DNA of 37,430 bases from an uncultured bacterium (GCA_964632485.1 CAZWDO010000002.1:310001-347430), one strand, 5' to 3'. Counted from the stretch's first letter, positions 20,161 through 30,548 are shown. Translations and numbers: made by a program. Notes: generated from the letters alone by a model not told the origin.

Positions 20161-20617
20161 CCCGTCGGCTCCAATCATAGGGGATATGGTTAGCATGCGG
20201 CTCCAGCCGGTATTCGTCCGGTTGCTCATAATTATAGACCTGGGTGGGGATATTAATGATCAATGCTTCCTCAGTTGAGATCGATTTCCAGCCATGATAG
20301 ACTCGCTGGGGAATCACAACCGCTTTGGGGGCGTGGCTGCCCATATAAAACTCGTTGATTTGGCGATAAGTGGGAGATTCCTCGCGATTATCGAAAAGTA
20401 CCAGTTTGATCATCCCGAGAACACAACATACCACATCATCCTGTAGCAGGTGATAGTGCCAGGCCTTGACGACTCCGGGATACGTCGTTGTCATATAGAC
20501 CTGCCCAAAACCTTTAAAAAATCCGTCATCGTTGCGCAGAATCTCCATTAACCGTCCCCGTTCATCAGGTATGATTTTCAAATCCTTAACAACAACGCCT
20601 TCAATCCGCTTTTTCAT
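20153..20617 (-). CDS. dTDP-4-dehydrorhamnose 3,5-epimerase family (RmlC-like cupin)
   Basis: DERGRLME, PGVVKAWHYH, DNREESPT, VYHGW. Confidence 0.88.
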   Translation of the reverse strand: MKKRIEGVVVKDLKIIPDERGRLMEILRNDDGFFKGFGQVYMTTTYPGVVKAWHYHLLQDDVVCCVLGMIKLVLFDNREESPTYRQINEFYMGSHAPKAVVIPQRVYHGWKSISTEEALIINIPTQVYNYEQPDEYRLEPHANHIPYDWSRRDG

Positions 20618-20722
20618 GAGTCAATCTCCTTGGTTTATTGTTACCTCGTTGCCAATGCCGCCTCAAAGCTCCATTTTCCCCGGATACTATTGCAATTCCC
20701 TGATAAACTGGAATACACGCTT

Positions 20723-20751
20723 AATATAAAAGGATTCAGCTCTCTTGTCAA
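20723..20751 (-). promoter_or_regulatory. sigma70 promoter for the epimerase-mutL-miaA operon
   Basis: Minus strand TTGACA-17-TATATT. Confidence 0.65.
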
Positions 20752-20761
20752 TCTTAATTTT

Positions 20762-21688
20762 TCAGCGCGCGGGTTCCGTTTCAAAAAAACTGAGATAAAA
20801 TGATGCCAATAAAAAAATATATTGGCGGGTGAAATTTGGGAGATTATAATCGGTAATTGTATTTAACAGGTGAATAATCAATACCCGCAAATAATCTTCG
20901 CGGTATGCTGGCGGAACCAACCGTCGCAACTGTTTCAGCGGGTCTATCCAACCCGGTTCCGCTTTTACTTTGAACGGGGTCTTATCACTGAACAAGCGAT
21001 TGAGGGGATCGGATTCCTTAGCAATCCAATCGATGGCCAGCCATTGGCGCTCTTCGTCTAACAAGATAGGAATCATTCCCCGATGAGGAATGGGGATACG
21101 GTTCAGCCGGAGCATGATTTCATTCAAAATTATCCAATAATAGCTCCATTGCGGGCGGGGAGGCGTCAACGTGTAGATCATCAATTTTTGATCCTTCACA
21201 TAAAAACCATTCCAATCGGTGAAAAGCGGCAGAATTATCCCCGGCGCCGCCGGAATCCGGGAAATCCAATTTGTATCTGCGTCATTTATCACTGATACTG
21301 GATTGGGTAACTTTACTCCAAGAAGGCATTCGGCCAGTTGATGGTACTTTCCGCTCCACATGGATGTCAGGTGATAATCATGTATATATCCTATTGAACG
21401 AGAAAACACGATATCAGAAGCGGATCGCGATTGATGATAATATGAAAGCGCGTAAGCAAGCTGTTGTTCAACTGGAAGATTTACAAAAGGAGTTCCCGCA
21501 TTTTGAACGCAAAATTCAGGTTTTGCAATGGATGAATCTTGCCGATCCGATAAACACTCGATATAGCCGTCCGAGATTTTCCATAAATCTCTTCCTATAT
21601 AAACTGGATCAAATTTGATTATAAGATCAGAGCCGTTATGCACATAATGGATGGATGGCCAAAGCCGTTTGAAATAATAACTTCTCAT
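20762..21688 (-). CDS. Hypothetical protein
   Basis: 308-aa ORF filling the space between two promoter regions. No family recognised. Confidence 0.7.
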   Translation of the reverse strand: MRSYYFKRLWPSIHYVHNGSDLIIKFDPVYIGRDLWKISDGYIECLSDRQDSSIAKPEFCVQNAGTPFVNLPVEQQLAYALSYYHQSRSASDIVFSRSIGYIHDYHLTSMWSGKYHQLAECLLGVKLPNPVSVINDADTNWISRIPAAPGIILPLFTDWNGFYVKDQKLMIYTLTPPRPQWSYYWIILNEIMLRLNRIPIPHRGMIPILLDEERQWLAIDWIAKESDPLNRLFSDKTPFKVKAEPGWIDPLKQLRRLVPPAYREDYLRVLIIHLLNTITDYNLPNFTRQYIFLLASFYLSFFETEPAR

Positions 21689-21694
21689 AACAGG

Positions 21695-21723
21695 ATTATA
21701 ATAAGATTTATTTTAATCAGCAA
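21695..21723 (-). promoter_or_regulatory. sigma70 promoter, probably producing a leaderless mRNA
   Basis: Minus strand TTGCTG-17-TATAAT, ending 6 nt before ATG 21688. Confidence 0.55.
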
Positions 21724-21769
21724 GCAAAGAATAGATTTTCGGTTAATTTTTTTTGGATGAATAAAATCA

Positions 21770-21798
21770 TTGACAATTGAAATAAAAAAAATTAAATT
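21770..21798 (+). promoter_or_regulatory. sigma70 promoter for the glycosyltransferase
   Basis: TTGACA-17-TAAATT. Confidence 0.55.
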
Positions 21799-21934
21799 GG
21801 GAGGAATCTTCAATCAACTTAAGGAAGTTCATGGATTCAGACTGTCATTTAAAAACGGCGTCGTTGCGCTGTGATTTGGATTATCAATATTTTCTCGTTA
21901 TTCGAGCGATTTCAGCTTGCAAGGGGATAATTTA

Positions 21935-23065
21935 ATGGTACAGCCCTTGCCCATAAAATTGCTCTGGGCGCCCGGGACCTATCCTCCTGAACTCTGTGGG
22001 ATAGGAGATACATCTTATCATATTATCCAACAATTAAAAAGCAGATATGATTTAATGTTGTTTATTGATAGAGAATATATAACAGAATCGGATACAAGAT
22101 GTTTTTTCTATAATTTTTCCCGCCCGCTGACATTATGGCGCTTATATAAAATTATTGGTAAGGAAAGGCCTCAGCTCCTTCATTTGCAGTATCCGACTCG
22201 TATATTTTATCGTTTGGTATGGATTGGAGTAGTCTCCGCGATTCGACTGCGCTATCGATCGTTGAAAATTATTACAACGATCCATGAGATTGAACCCTAT
22301 TTTAACCCCTACTGGTTTTATCATCTGGGTTACTGGTTGCGTTTGATGATTCTCATCGCAGTTTCGGATGGTTTGATATCGACTCATCGCGCTGAATGGT
22401 TACGATTGCGTCGGATTTGTAAATTAACATTTATTGTCCCGCTGGCAAATACATTGACCGGCCAACTGGCTGCGATTCAGTCCTCCTCTCCAACATCCGT
22501 TGACCTTCCGGAAAAGCCCTTTATGCTTTTTTTCGGGAATATTAACTGTGGGAAAAATTTGCAGGCGTTAATTCAGGCAATCTCCGATGAACGGTTATCA
22601 CACACCCTTTTCCTGGTATGCCATGGTAATTTGGAGAGGGAGCTAATGTCGGAATTAGAGCAACTTATTTTAAAATTGGGTATTGGCGATCGGGTGGTTT
22701 TTCATTATCAGTTGGCTTTAAAGGATATTATTATGTTGTATAATCATGCGGCGTTTATAACGTTACCCTATAGCGGCGGGATTACTCTTCGCAGTAGTGT
22801 GTTGCAAAGCGTAATTGCCTGGAACAAGAGGTTTATCGCTGAAATAGGGGATGCAACTCCATTATGGATCAAACGCAGAGCCGAAGAAACCTACACGGCA
22901 AAAACCACCGGGCGGGAACTGGCCGACCTGCTGCTGAAGATGTTCACACGCAACCGCATGGAGAAAATTCCTCATTCCGCTGCATTGGAAGCCTATTTCT
23001 CCTGGGAATCGATTGCCGCCAAACATGAATCGATTTATGGAAAATTATTAAGTGAAGGTACCTGA
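21935..23065 (+). CDS. Glycosyltransferase family 4 (GT-B)
   Basis: YPPELCGIGD, LHLQYP, ITTIHE, FFGNI..GKN, LPY, FSWESIA. Confidence 0.85.
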   Translation: MVQPLPIKLLWAPGTYPPELCGIGDTSYHIIQQLKSRYDLMLFIDREYITESDTRCFFYNFSRPLTLWRLYKIIGKERPQLLHLQYPTRIFYRLVWIGVVSAIRLRYRSLKIITTIHEIEPYFNPYWFYHLGYWLRLMILIAVSDGLISTHRAEWLRLRRICKLTFIVPLANTLTGQLAAIQSSSPTSVDLPEKPFMLFFGNINCGKNLQALIQAISDERLSHTLFLVCHGNLERELMSELEQLILKLGIGDRVVFHYQLALKDIIMLYNHAAFITLPYSGGITLRSSVLQSVIAWNKRFIAEIGDATPLWIKRRAEETYTAKTTGRELADLLLKMFTRNRMEKIPHSAALEAYFSWESIAAKHESIYGKLLSEGT

Positions 23066-23071
23066 AGACCC

Positions 23072-23102
23072 TGAATCCGGAAAATGATTATTCCCGGATT
23101 CA
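23072..23102. terminator. Hairpin between convergent genes, possible bidirectional terminator
   Basis: TGAATCCGG...CCGGATTCA inverted repeat. Confidence 0.55.
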
Positions 23103-23136
23103 TGAGAAAAAATAGTTCGATCTAATCTGGCATGGA

Positions 23137-25236
23137 TTAAATCGAAGCGAGCAATTCCTGGTATTTTGCCATGGGCCAGAATTCGTGGGGAATGATAGAT
23201 TCGGCGCCGTCCACATAGAAGCGTAGTTCATTGAGTAACGGAATCAGTTTCTCAGCATTGTAGTATGCCAAATGATGGATGTTTTCGATTTTTTCTCCCT
23301 CTTCGATCTGGCTTTCGAAGATGTTCAGGCTGTGGACGATTTTCTCGAATAATTGGTTGGCTGAATCAAGCTGCTCTTTCAGCGCCGGAGCATTCAAACC
23401 GCTTTGAACCATGGGCGCGTAGGCCGAAGCCATTTGGCCGATGTGTTTGGTCAGAGCGGGTAATATCATCGTTCTGACTATATCCGTGGCAGTTTTAAAT
23501 TCAATCAGTTTGATTTTGTTGTAAGTTTCCAGGCGGATTTCGATTTTGGAGTGGAGTTCGATTTCTGATAGGACTTCATATTTTTTAAACAATTCGATCG
23601 ATTCTTCTTTGAGGAAATGCTCCAGCGCCGAGGGCGTATTGGGGCAGTTGGGCAAACCCCGTTGCGCTGCTTCGATCTGCCATTCTTCTGAATAATTGTT
23701 GCCTTCGAAGCGAATATGTTTAGTTTCCGTGAAGATATCTTTGAGAACTAATAGAGCATTTTTCTTGGCATCACCTTTCATTTGCGACAGGCGATCATAA
23801 ATTAGATCAAAACCCCAGCTTACCATCAGATTGAAAACCGTCAGGGCATGGGAACAGTTTTGCGATGAACCTACCGCCCGGAATTCGAATTTATTACCGG
23901 TAAACGCCAGGGGAGAGGTGCGGTTACGGTCCGATATGTCCTGGGCGATTTTTGGAAGATTCTGGATACCCAGATTGATTTCGTTAAATACCTGTTCAGT
24001 AACCTTGCCGAGACCTTCGACTTCATCAAGGAGTCCGCTAAGATAACTACCCAGGTAAACCGACATGATTGCCGGGGGAGCTTCGTTGGCTCCAAGGCGG
24101 AAATCGTTGTCGGCATCGGCGATCGCCGCTCGCAATAAACCGCCGAAACTCTCCATGCCTTTCAGAATGGCGCCGATAGTGATTAAAAAACTGATATTTT
24201 TTAACGGTGATTTCGATGGTTCGAGATAATTTGCGCCTGTATTATCGCCGAGCGACCAGTTCATGTGTTTACCGGAACCATTCACCCCGGCGAACGGTTT
24301 TTCCGAAAATAGAACAACCAGATCATTGCGGTCGGCGACACTGCGCATAATATCCATCATTTGTAAATTATGGTCAACGGATAAATTGGCTTCCTCATAG
24401 AGGGGCGCTAATTCAAATTGATTGGGCGCGACTTCGTTGTGGCGTGTTTTTGCCGGAATGCCCCGACGGTAAAGCTCGCGATCCACTTCCTCCATAAAAG
24501 TTAATACTCTCCCCTTAATCGCGCCGAAATAGTGGTCCTCCATCTGTTGACCCTTGATAGGGGTTGCTCCAAAAACTGTACGTCCCAAAATTCTCAGGTC
24601 CGGACGGGTTTTATAGGGTTCCTTCGATATGAGAAAATACTCTTGTTCGGGTCCCAGATAGATTTTAATCCGTTTTGCCAGACGATTGCCCAACAGCCGT
24701 TGCATCTTCATCACCGCATGATTTAATGCTTTTTGGGAACGCAACATCGGGGTTTTAATATCGAGGACAAGACCATCCCAGGATAGATAAACCGATGGGA
24801 TGACCAATGTGCAGCTTTCCTTCGCCTTGATTAAAAATGCAGGCGAAGTCGGGTCCCAGGCCGTATAACCTCGCGCCTCAAATGTTGAACGGATACCACC
24901 CGAGGGAAACGAAGACGCATCCGGTTCGGATTGGATCAATTGATTCGCGGAAAAGCGTTCGATTATCTCCCAGTTTTCATCATAACAAATAAAGGCATCA
25001 TGTTTTTCCGCCGTTCCCCCCCGATGAGGCTGAAACCAATGGGTGAAATGCGTGGCGCCTTGTTCAATGGCCCATTCCTTCATCGCATGCGCCACATCCC
25101 CGGCAATCGTTTGGTCCAATGCCTCTTCATTTTCAATGGATGCCAGCAATTTTTCATAAATCTCTTTCCCCAATTTATCCTTCATCACTCGCTTGCTGAA
25201 CGTCAGCTCTCTAAAAATTTCCTTGGCCTTGCCCAT
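23137..25236 (-). CDS. Glutamine synthetase type III
   Basis: HFTHWFQP, EKHDAF, EPDASSFPSGGIRSTFEARGYTAWD, HNEVAPNQFE, GVNGSGKH, RLGANEAPP, DRNRTSP. Confidence 0.96.
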   Translation of the reverse strand: MGKAKEIFRELTFSKRVMKDKLGKEIYEKLLASIENEEALDQTIAGDVAHAMKEWAIEQGATHFTHWFQPHRGGTAEKHDAFICYDENWEIIERFSANQLIQSEPDASSFPSGGIRSTFEARGYTAWDPTSPAFLIKAKESCTLVIPSVYLSWDGLVLDIKTPMLRSQKALNHAVMKMQRLLGNRLAKRIKIYLGPEQEYFLISKEPYKTRPDLRILGRTVFGATPIKGQQMEDHYFGAIKGRVLTFMEEVDRELYRRGIPAKTRHNEVAPNQFELAPLYEEANLSVDHNLQMMDIMRSVADRNDLVVLFSEKPFAGVNGSGKHMNWSLGDNTGANYLEPSKSPLKNISFLITIGAILKGMESFGGLLRAAIADADNDFRLGANEAPPAIMSVYLGSYLSGLLDEVEGLGKVTEQVFNEINLGIQNLPKIAQDISDRNRTSPLAFTGNKFEFRAVGSSQNCSHALTVFNLMVSWGFDLIYDRLSQMKGDAKKNALLVLKDIFTETKHIRFEGNNYSEEWQIEAAQRGLPNCPNTPSALEHFLKEESIELFKKYEVLSEIELHSKIEIRLETYNKIKLIEFKTATDIVRTMILPALTKHIGQMASAYAPMVQSGLNAPALKEQLDSANQLFEKIVHSLNIFESQIEEGEKIENIHHLAYYNAEKLIPLLNELRFYVDGAESIIPHEFWPMAKYQELLASI

Positions 25237-25278
25237 GAATAGACTCCTTGTTAAAGGTTAATTCTTAATACATCTATT

Positions 25279-25307
25279 AAAATACCTAATATTTTAAAAA
25301 TTGTCAA
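25279..25307 (-). promoter_or_regulatory. sigma70 promoter for GSIII
   Basis: Minus strand TTGACA-17-TATTTT. Confidence 0.55.
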
Positions 25308-25574
25308 GCAAAAAATTCATGTTTTGCAAAAAAAATTAAAAATTAGCTCTATAAAATTTAATTTTTATAAATTTTAGGAATCACTTTTATTATAAGACTA
25401 AATTGTTAGAATTATGTATGCTGATTCATTAACGGATTCCATTAGTAGCGGATGTGAGTAGGGGACTTTTCTATTGACGTTTGTTTTTTATAAAAAATGT
25501 TCTTGACAAACGACCCGTTTTATATTATCTCACAGTACTTGAAAGTTAAACTTCAATCAACCCAGGGAGAAGCT

Positions 25575-27125
25575 ATGACCAATCAGACTAAAGAAGAGCG
25601 TTTGCTGCAAATGAGGGAACAGGCCCGGATAGGCGGAGGAAGCGAAAAAAAAGAACAACAGCGGAAAAAAGGCAAAATGACGGCTCGCGAACGGATTGAG
25701 ATACTGATGGATCCCGGTTCCTTTCGCGAACTGGATATGTTTGTCCAGCATCGGACAACTGATTTTGATATGGAAAAAAAGAAATTTATGGGAGATAGCG
25801 TCGTTACGGGTTGGGGAACTGTGAATGGTCGGATTGTTTACGTCTTTAGCCAGGATTTTACGGTTTTAGGCGGCAGCCTGGGGGAAGTTCACTCAGAAAA
25901 AATATGTAAGATCATGGATATGGCGATGAAAAACGGCGCTCCGATTATTGGGATCAATGATTCGGGCGGCGCCCGCATCCAGGAGGGTGTGGTCAGTCTG
26001 GGCGCTTATGCCGAAATATTCTTGCGCAACACCTTGGCCTCCGGGTTGATTCCTCAGATTTCCGTCATTATGGGACCCTGCGCCGGCGGAGCGGTTTACA
26101 GTCCCGCTTTAACCGATTTTATCTTTATGGTTAAAAACACCAGCTACATGTTCATTACCGGCCCCGACGTCGTTAAAGCCGTTACGCATGAAGATGTTTC
26201 CTTCGAAGAGTTGGGGGGAGCATCTGTTCATTCTTCAAAAAGCGGGGTCTGTCATTATATGGCGGAAAATGAAACGGAATGTCTGGAAAGTATCCGTTCA
26301 TTATTAGAATATTTGCCTTCTAATAATATGGATGAAGCTCCCCATGCCGATACGAAAGATGATCCCAACCGTATGGAATTAGAACTGGATACTCTGATTC
26401 CGGATGAACCCAACAAACCGTACGATATTAAAGAAGTCATCCGCCGGGTCGTCGATAACGGCGATTTTTTTGAGATTCACGAACGGTATGCGCAAAACAT
26501 TGTAGTTGGTTTTGGCCATCTGGGTGGTCAACCGGTGGGCATTGTGGCCAACCAGCCGGCAGTATTGGCAGGTGTTCTCGATATCAAATCATCCCTTAAA
26601 GGCGCTCGATTTGTGAGGTTTTGCGATTGCTTTAATATTCCTATCGTTGTGTTTGAAGATGTCCCGGGATTTTTACCTGGAGTGGATCAAGAACATGGCG
26701 GGATTATCATCCACGGCGCCAAGCTATTGCACGCCTTCTGCGAAGCCACAGTTCCTAAATTGACGGTGATTACCCGCAAGGCTTACGGCGGGGCGTATGA
26801 TGTGATGAATTCCAAGCATATACGCGGTGATTTCAATGTGGCCTGGCCGACGGCGGAAATCGCAGTGATGGGACCCGAGGGCGCGGTGAATATCATTTTT
26901 CGCAAGGAGATTGCGGAAGCAGAAAATCCGTCAGTCAAGCGTGAAGAGATGATCAGTCTTTATCGTGAAAAATTTGCCAATCCGTATGTCGCCGCTTCCA
27001 GGGGGTATCTGGATGATATTATTGAACCCCGCGAAACGCGTCCCCGCTTGATTGAAGCCCTCAAAATGCTCAATAAAAAGCGTGATATGAATCCACCGAA
27101 AAAACATCCGAATATTCCCCTATAA
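25575..27125 (+). CDS. Acyl-CoA carboxyltransferase (methylmalonyl-/propionyl-CoA; PccB/MmdA/12S-like)
   Basis: [52 protein letters not shown]. Confidence 0.95.
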   Translation: MTNQTKEERLLQMREQARIGGGSEKKEQQRKKGKMTARERIEILMDPGSFRELDMFVQHRTTDFDMEKKKFMGDSVVTGWGTVNGRIVYVFSQDFTVLGGSLGEVHSEKICKIMDMAMKNGAPIIGINDSGGARIQEGVVSLGAYAEIFLRNTLASGLIPQISVIMGPCAGGAVYSPALTDFIFMVKNTSYMFITGPDVVKAVTHEDVSFEELGGASVHSSKSGVCHYMAENETECLESIRSLLEYLPSNNMDEAPHADTKDDPNRMELELDTLIPDEPNKPYDIKEVIRRVVDNGDFFEIHERYAQNIVVGFGHLGGQPVGIVANQPAVLAGVLDIKSSLKGARFVRFCDCFNIPIVVFEDVPGFLPGVDQEHGGIIIHGAKLLHAFCEATVPKLTVITRKAYGGAYDVMNSKHIRGDFNVAWPTAEIAVMGPEGAVNIIFRKEIAEAENPSVKREEMISLYREKFANPYVAASRGYLDDIIEPRETRPRLIEALKMLNKKRDMNPPKKHPNIPL

Positions 27126-27162
27126 ATTGACGGAATATAGTAACCGTTTGAAAGGATCAGCC

Positions 27163-28650
27163 ATGAATCAAAAGCCTTTACAAATCACGGATACCATATT
27201 GCGTGATGCTCATCAATCCTTGCTGGCTACTCGTATGCAGTTTGAGGATATGTTAAAAATTGCCCCAAAGTTAGATAACATTGGGTACTGGTCGTTAGAG
27301 ATGTGGGGCGGCGCCACTTTTGACAGCGCGATGCGCTTTTTAGGCGAGGACCCGTGGGAACGTTTGCGAAAACTTCGTATCGCCATGCCGAAGACGCGGC
27401 TGCAGATGCTGTTGCGCGGCCAGAATTTAGTGGGTTACAAGCATTATGCAGACTATAATGCGGAAAAATTTATCGTGTGCGCCCGGAAAAACGGTATCGA
27501 TGTCTTTCGCATTTTCGATGCGCTCAATGATATACGGAATATGGCCTTTGCCATGAAAATTGCAAAACGCGAAGGGGGCCATGTCCAAGCCACTATCAGC
27601 TATACGACCAGTCCGGTACACGATATCCCCTCGTTTGTCCGCATGGGTATGGAATTAGCCGAATTAGGCGCCGATTCGATCTGCATCAAGGATATGGCCG
27701 GTTTGATTACGCCTTATGCCGCTTATGAATTGGTGGATGCGTTGAAAAAACAGATTGGATTACCCATTCAATTGCATACTCACTACACTAGCGGTATGGG
27801 AACTGCCGCTTTGCTGAAAGCCGTTGAAGCGGGTGTCGATGGCGTCGATACGGCGATATCCTCTCTTTCTTTATCGACTTCCCAGCCACCCACGGAAACG
27901 ATGGTCGCTATTTTAAATCAGACTCCGCGCGATACCGGCTTGCATCTGGGGGATCTGGCGGATATTGCCCGCGATGTGACTCAAATTCGTAAAAAATATG
28001 CTCATTTCGAAACCGGTATCAGCCCAGTCGATGTTAATGTCCTGCAATTCCAGGTGCCCGGCGGAATGCTATCCAACCTGGTGAGTCAATTGCGCGAACA
28101 GAATGCAATGGATAAGTATTACGATGTTTTAGATGAAATCCCGCGTGTCCGCAAAGACATGGGTTATCCGCCACTGGTGACGCCCACGAGTCAAATCGTC
28201 GGCACTCAGGCTACATTGAACGTTCTGACCGGGGAACAGTATAAAATCATTCCCGAAGAAGTCAAACAATATCTTCGAGGCTATTATGGAAAACCCCCCG
28301 CGGAAGTGAATCCCCGATTGATCAAACAGGCCATCGGTGAAGAGATTCCCATTACCTGCCGACCGGCGGATTTGATTCCTCCCGGGTGGGAAAAAGCCAG
28401 AAGCGAAATCGGCGATTTAGCGGAATCGGATGAAGACGCGCTATCCTACGCTTTATTTCCTCAGATCGCCAGATCTTTTTTAGAACGACGCAAGAATAAA
28501 TTGGGAGGGAAGGAAGAACTGGCGGCCGCTCTGGCTGCGTATCTGATTTTGCAGAAGAGTAGCGGAGCGCAAGACGCCGCCGCGCCTGCAACCACCCCTG
28601 GCTCGCAATGGAAAATCACCGCCCGTATGATGCAAATGAGAGGATGGTAA
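27163..28650 (+). CDS. Pyruvate/oxaloacetate carboxyltransferase (transcarboxylase 5S / PycB / OadA-like) with no fused biotinyl domain
   Basis: RDAHQSLLATR, EMWGGATFD, IKDMAG, HTHYTSG, PGGMLSNL, LVTPTSQIVG. Confidence 0.93.
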   Translation: MNQKPLQITDTILRDAHQSLLATRMQFEDMLKIAPKLDNIGYWSLEMWGGATFDSAMRFLGEDPWERLRKLRIAMPKTRLQMLLRGQNLVGYKHYADYNAEKFIVCARKNGIDVFRIFDALNDIRNMAFAMKIAKREGGHVQATISYTTSPVHDIPSFVRMGMELAELGADSICIKDMAGLITPYAAYELVDALKKQIGLPIQLHTHYTSGMGTAALLKAVEAGVDGVDTAISSLSLSTSQPPTETMVAILNQTPRDTGLHLGDLADIARDVTQIRKKYAHFETGISPVDVNVLQFQVPGGMLSNLVSQLREQNAMDKYYDVLDEIPRVRKDMGYPPLVTPTSQIVGTQATLNVLTGEQYKIIPEEVKQYLRGYYGKPPAEVNPRLIKQAIGEEIPITCRPADLIPPGWEKARSEIGDLAESDEDALSYALFPQIARSFLERRKNKLGGKEELAAALAAYLILQKSSGAQDAAAPATTPGSQWKITARMMQMRGW

Positions 28651-28651
28651 G

Positions 28652-29125
28652 ATGAATCGAAAATTCAAAATCACCCTGGATGGCTCGGTATATGAAATTG
28701 AAAATAAAGATGCGATACTGGTCGTTAATAACCAGGAATTTCAGTGGCATGCCGATGAAAAAGGCATCCATATCAATCATAACCCGCATAGCGTTGAAAT
28801 CAAAGAGAATTCGGCTATTATCGATGGAATTGCCTATCCGCTGGTTATCGAAGGATTTGAAGAAAAAAGCCCGCCGAAGAAGAGAAAAACTGGCGCATCC
28901 GGCGCTTTGAATGAGAGTGATCTGCATGCAATCATGCCCGGGTTGATCGTCAAGATCCTCATGGGAGAAGGAGAGGCCGTGCAATCCGGCGATGTGGTGA
29001 TGATCCTCGAAGCGATGAAGATGCAGAACGAAATTCGCGCCGGCAAAGCGGGCATACTGCGCCATCTGTATGTCAAAGCGGGGGAATCCGTAGAGATGAA
29101 TCAGCCTTTAGCGACCATCGAATAA
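28652..29125 (+). CDS. Biotin carboxyl carrier protein
   Basis: AIMPGLIV...LEAMKMQNEI. Confidence 0.93.
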   Translation: MNRKFKITLDGSVYEIENKDAILVVNNQEFQWHADEKGIHINHNPHSVEIKENSAIIDGIAYPLVIEGFEEKSPPKKRKTGASGALNESDLHAIMPGLIVKILMGEGEAVQSGDVVMILEAMKMQNEIRAGKAGILRHLYVKAGESVEMNQPLATIE

Positions 29126-29144
29126 CGACAGAAGGAGGGGGCGA

Positions 29145-29168
29145 CTTGACCCGGCATCCACGGATAAA
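29145..29168 (+). repeat. Partial GTCA(T/G)-type palindromic repeat
   Basis: CTTGACCCGGCATCCACGGATAAA matches the ends of the copies at 31599 and 35825-35878 (reverse). Confidence 0.65.
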
Positions 29169-29176
29169 TTATCTTC

Positions 29177-29201
29177 GTAGCAGCGACTTTTAAATCGCTA
29201 C
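29177..29201 (+). repeat. GTAG-tagged REP-like palindrome
   Basis: GTAGcAGCGActtttaaaTCGCTAC. Confidence 0.5.
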
Positions 29202-29240
29202 TCCCTCTCCGTATCTTTTGATGGTTCTTGAAAAAAAAGC

Positions 29241-29269
29241 TTGACAAATCGCTTTTCTCCAATTATTAT
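29241..29269 (+). promoter_or_regulatory. sigma70 promoter at the left edge of the accessory region
   Basis: A-tract followed by TTGACA-17-TATTAT. Confidence 0.65.
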
Positions 29270-29376
29270 AGTATAAATCGATAGTCAGTTCAGCATTTAT
29301 TAACATTGACCATGCGATAGCTGTATATTAAATTTTGATGAAAATGGAGCGCGGCATCCGGAATCCTGTCTTTTCC

Positions 29377-29403
29377 GTCATTCCGGACTTGATCCGGAAT
29401 CCA
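29377..29403 (+). repeat. CGTC-tagged palindromic repeat
   Basis: (C)GTCATTCCGGACTTGATCCGGAATCCA. Confidence 0.8.
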
Positions 29404-29457
29404 TAGGTAGACTCTATAACTCACCATTAAATGTTTAGTCCCTGAAATTTTTGAAGA

Positions 29458-29550
29458 GCCGATAAGCCGCGGAATGTTCCTGACGCTGCGCGCCGGAGAA
29501 CATGCCAATAGAACCGATCTCTTCGGGACGGCTCATCGGCGCAATTAGTC
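29458..29550 (+). repeat. Structured repeat copy 1 containing a degenerate 56-bp attC-like site (29495-29550)
   Basis: 7 differences over about 83 nt versus 33321-33402. GGAGAAC..GCCAATAGAACCGA-TCTCTTCGGGA-CGGCTCATCGGC..ATTAGTC. Confidence 0.75.
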
Positions 29551-29567
29551 CAAAATTCGGAGAAGAT

Positions 29568-30470
29568 ATGAGCCACAATCACAGTTATGAGATAGAAAAT
29601 TACAATCGTTCCTTTGCTATTGGCGTTATACTTAATATCGTTTTCGTTGCTATCGAGGCCTGCTATGGGATATTTTCTGATTCACTTGCGCTGATAGCGG
29701 ACGCAGGACACAATTTAAGCGATGTGATCAGTCTGCTGCTTGCCTGGGGTGCAAGCGTGCTTGCCACAAAAGCTGCGACAGAGAAGCGGACATATGGATT
29801 CCGAAAGGCTACAGTTATGGCTTCTCTGGCTAGTGCGATACTTCTACTTGTTGCCCTCGGAGGTATTACCTGGGAAGTCATCGAGCGTTTATTCAACCCG
29901 AAGCCTGTTGAAGGCATGACGATTATTGTGGTGGCTGCAATTGGGGTTGTCATCAATTCCTTAACTGCATTACTTTTTGTCAATGGCCAAAAACATGACC
30001 TAAATATAAGGGGCGCCTTCCTTCATATGACTGCTGACGCAGCGGTATCTCTTGGTGTTGTTGTCGCAGGCATATTCATCATAGTTAAGGATTGGCTTTG
30101 GATTGATCCTGTGGTAAGCCTTATGATCGTCGCTGTTATCCTTGTCGGCACATGGGGATTGCTTAGAGATTCCATAAACTATGCGATGGATGCCGTACCC
30201 GATAGCATCGATATCCCCGCCGTAAGGGACTATTTGATGAGCTTTGATTGTGTCAATCGCATTCATGATTTGCATGTCTGGCCGTTGAGTACTACCGAGA
30301 TTGCGCTGACTGTTCATATAGTGGTGAATAACGATTCATTGGATAATAATTTCCTGGGAAACCTCCAGCAATACTTGCACGATCATTTCGGAATAGAGCA
30401 TTCGACAATTCAGCTTGAGACATCCAAGGGTGAAAGTGGCTGTATGCTGGATAATCACAAATGCGTGTAG
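29568..30470 (+). CDS. Cation diffusion facilitator (CzcD/ZitB-like Zn/Co/Cd exporter), cassette-like
   Basis: SLALIADAGHNLSD, NIRGAFLHMTAD, IHDLHVW, IEHSTIQLE. GGAG RBS before ATG 29568. Confidence 0.93.
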   Translation: MSHNHSYEIENYNRSFAIGVILNIVFVAIEACYGIFSDSLALIADAGHNLSDVISLLLAWGASVLATKAATEKRTYGFRKATVMASLASAILLLVALGGITWEVIERLFNPKPVEGMTIIVVAAIGVVINSLTALLFVNGQKHDLNIRGAFLHMTADAAVSLGVVVAGIFIIVKDWLWIDPVVSLMIVAVILVGTWGLLRDSINYAMDAVPDSIDIPAVRDYLMSFDCVNRIHDLHVWPLSTTEIALTVHIVVNNDSLDNNFLGNLQQYLHDHFGIEHSTIQLETSKGESGCMLDNHKCV

Positions 30471-30474
30471 GAAG

Positions 30475-30548
30475 GGCTAACAAAGAGCTGCGCCGGACGG
30501 TAATTCTACTGCGCTATATTGCCAGCCGGTTATGCGGCGCGATCAGCT
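30475..30548 (+). mobile_element. Degenerate attC site
   Basis: GGCTAAC (RYYYAAC-like) 4 nt after the stop codon, then CCGG/GGTAAT...ATTGCC/CCGG arms. The right core is decayed. Confidence 0.6.

Noticed and set aside
20161-20229. N-terminal extension of MutL in the ORF track
   Set aside because: It overlaps the epimerase gene. ATG 20160, coupled to the upstream stop codon, is more plausible.
25320-25380. AT-rich imperfect palindrome between GSIII and the carboxyltransferase operon as an operator
   Set aside because: Expected by chance in such low-complexity A/T sequence.
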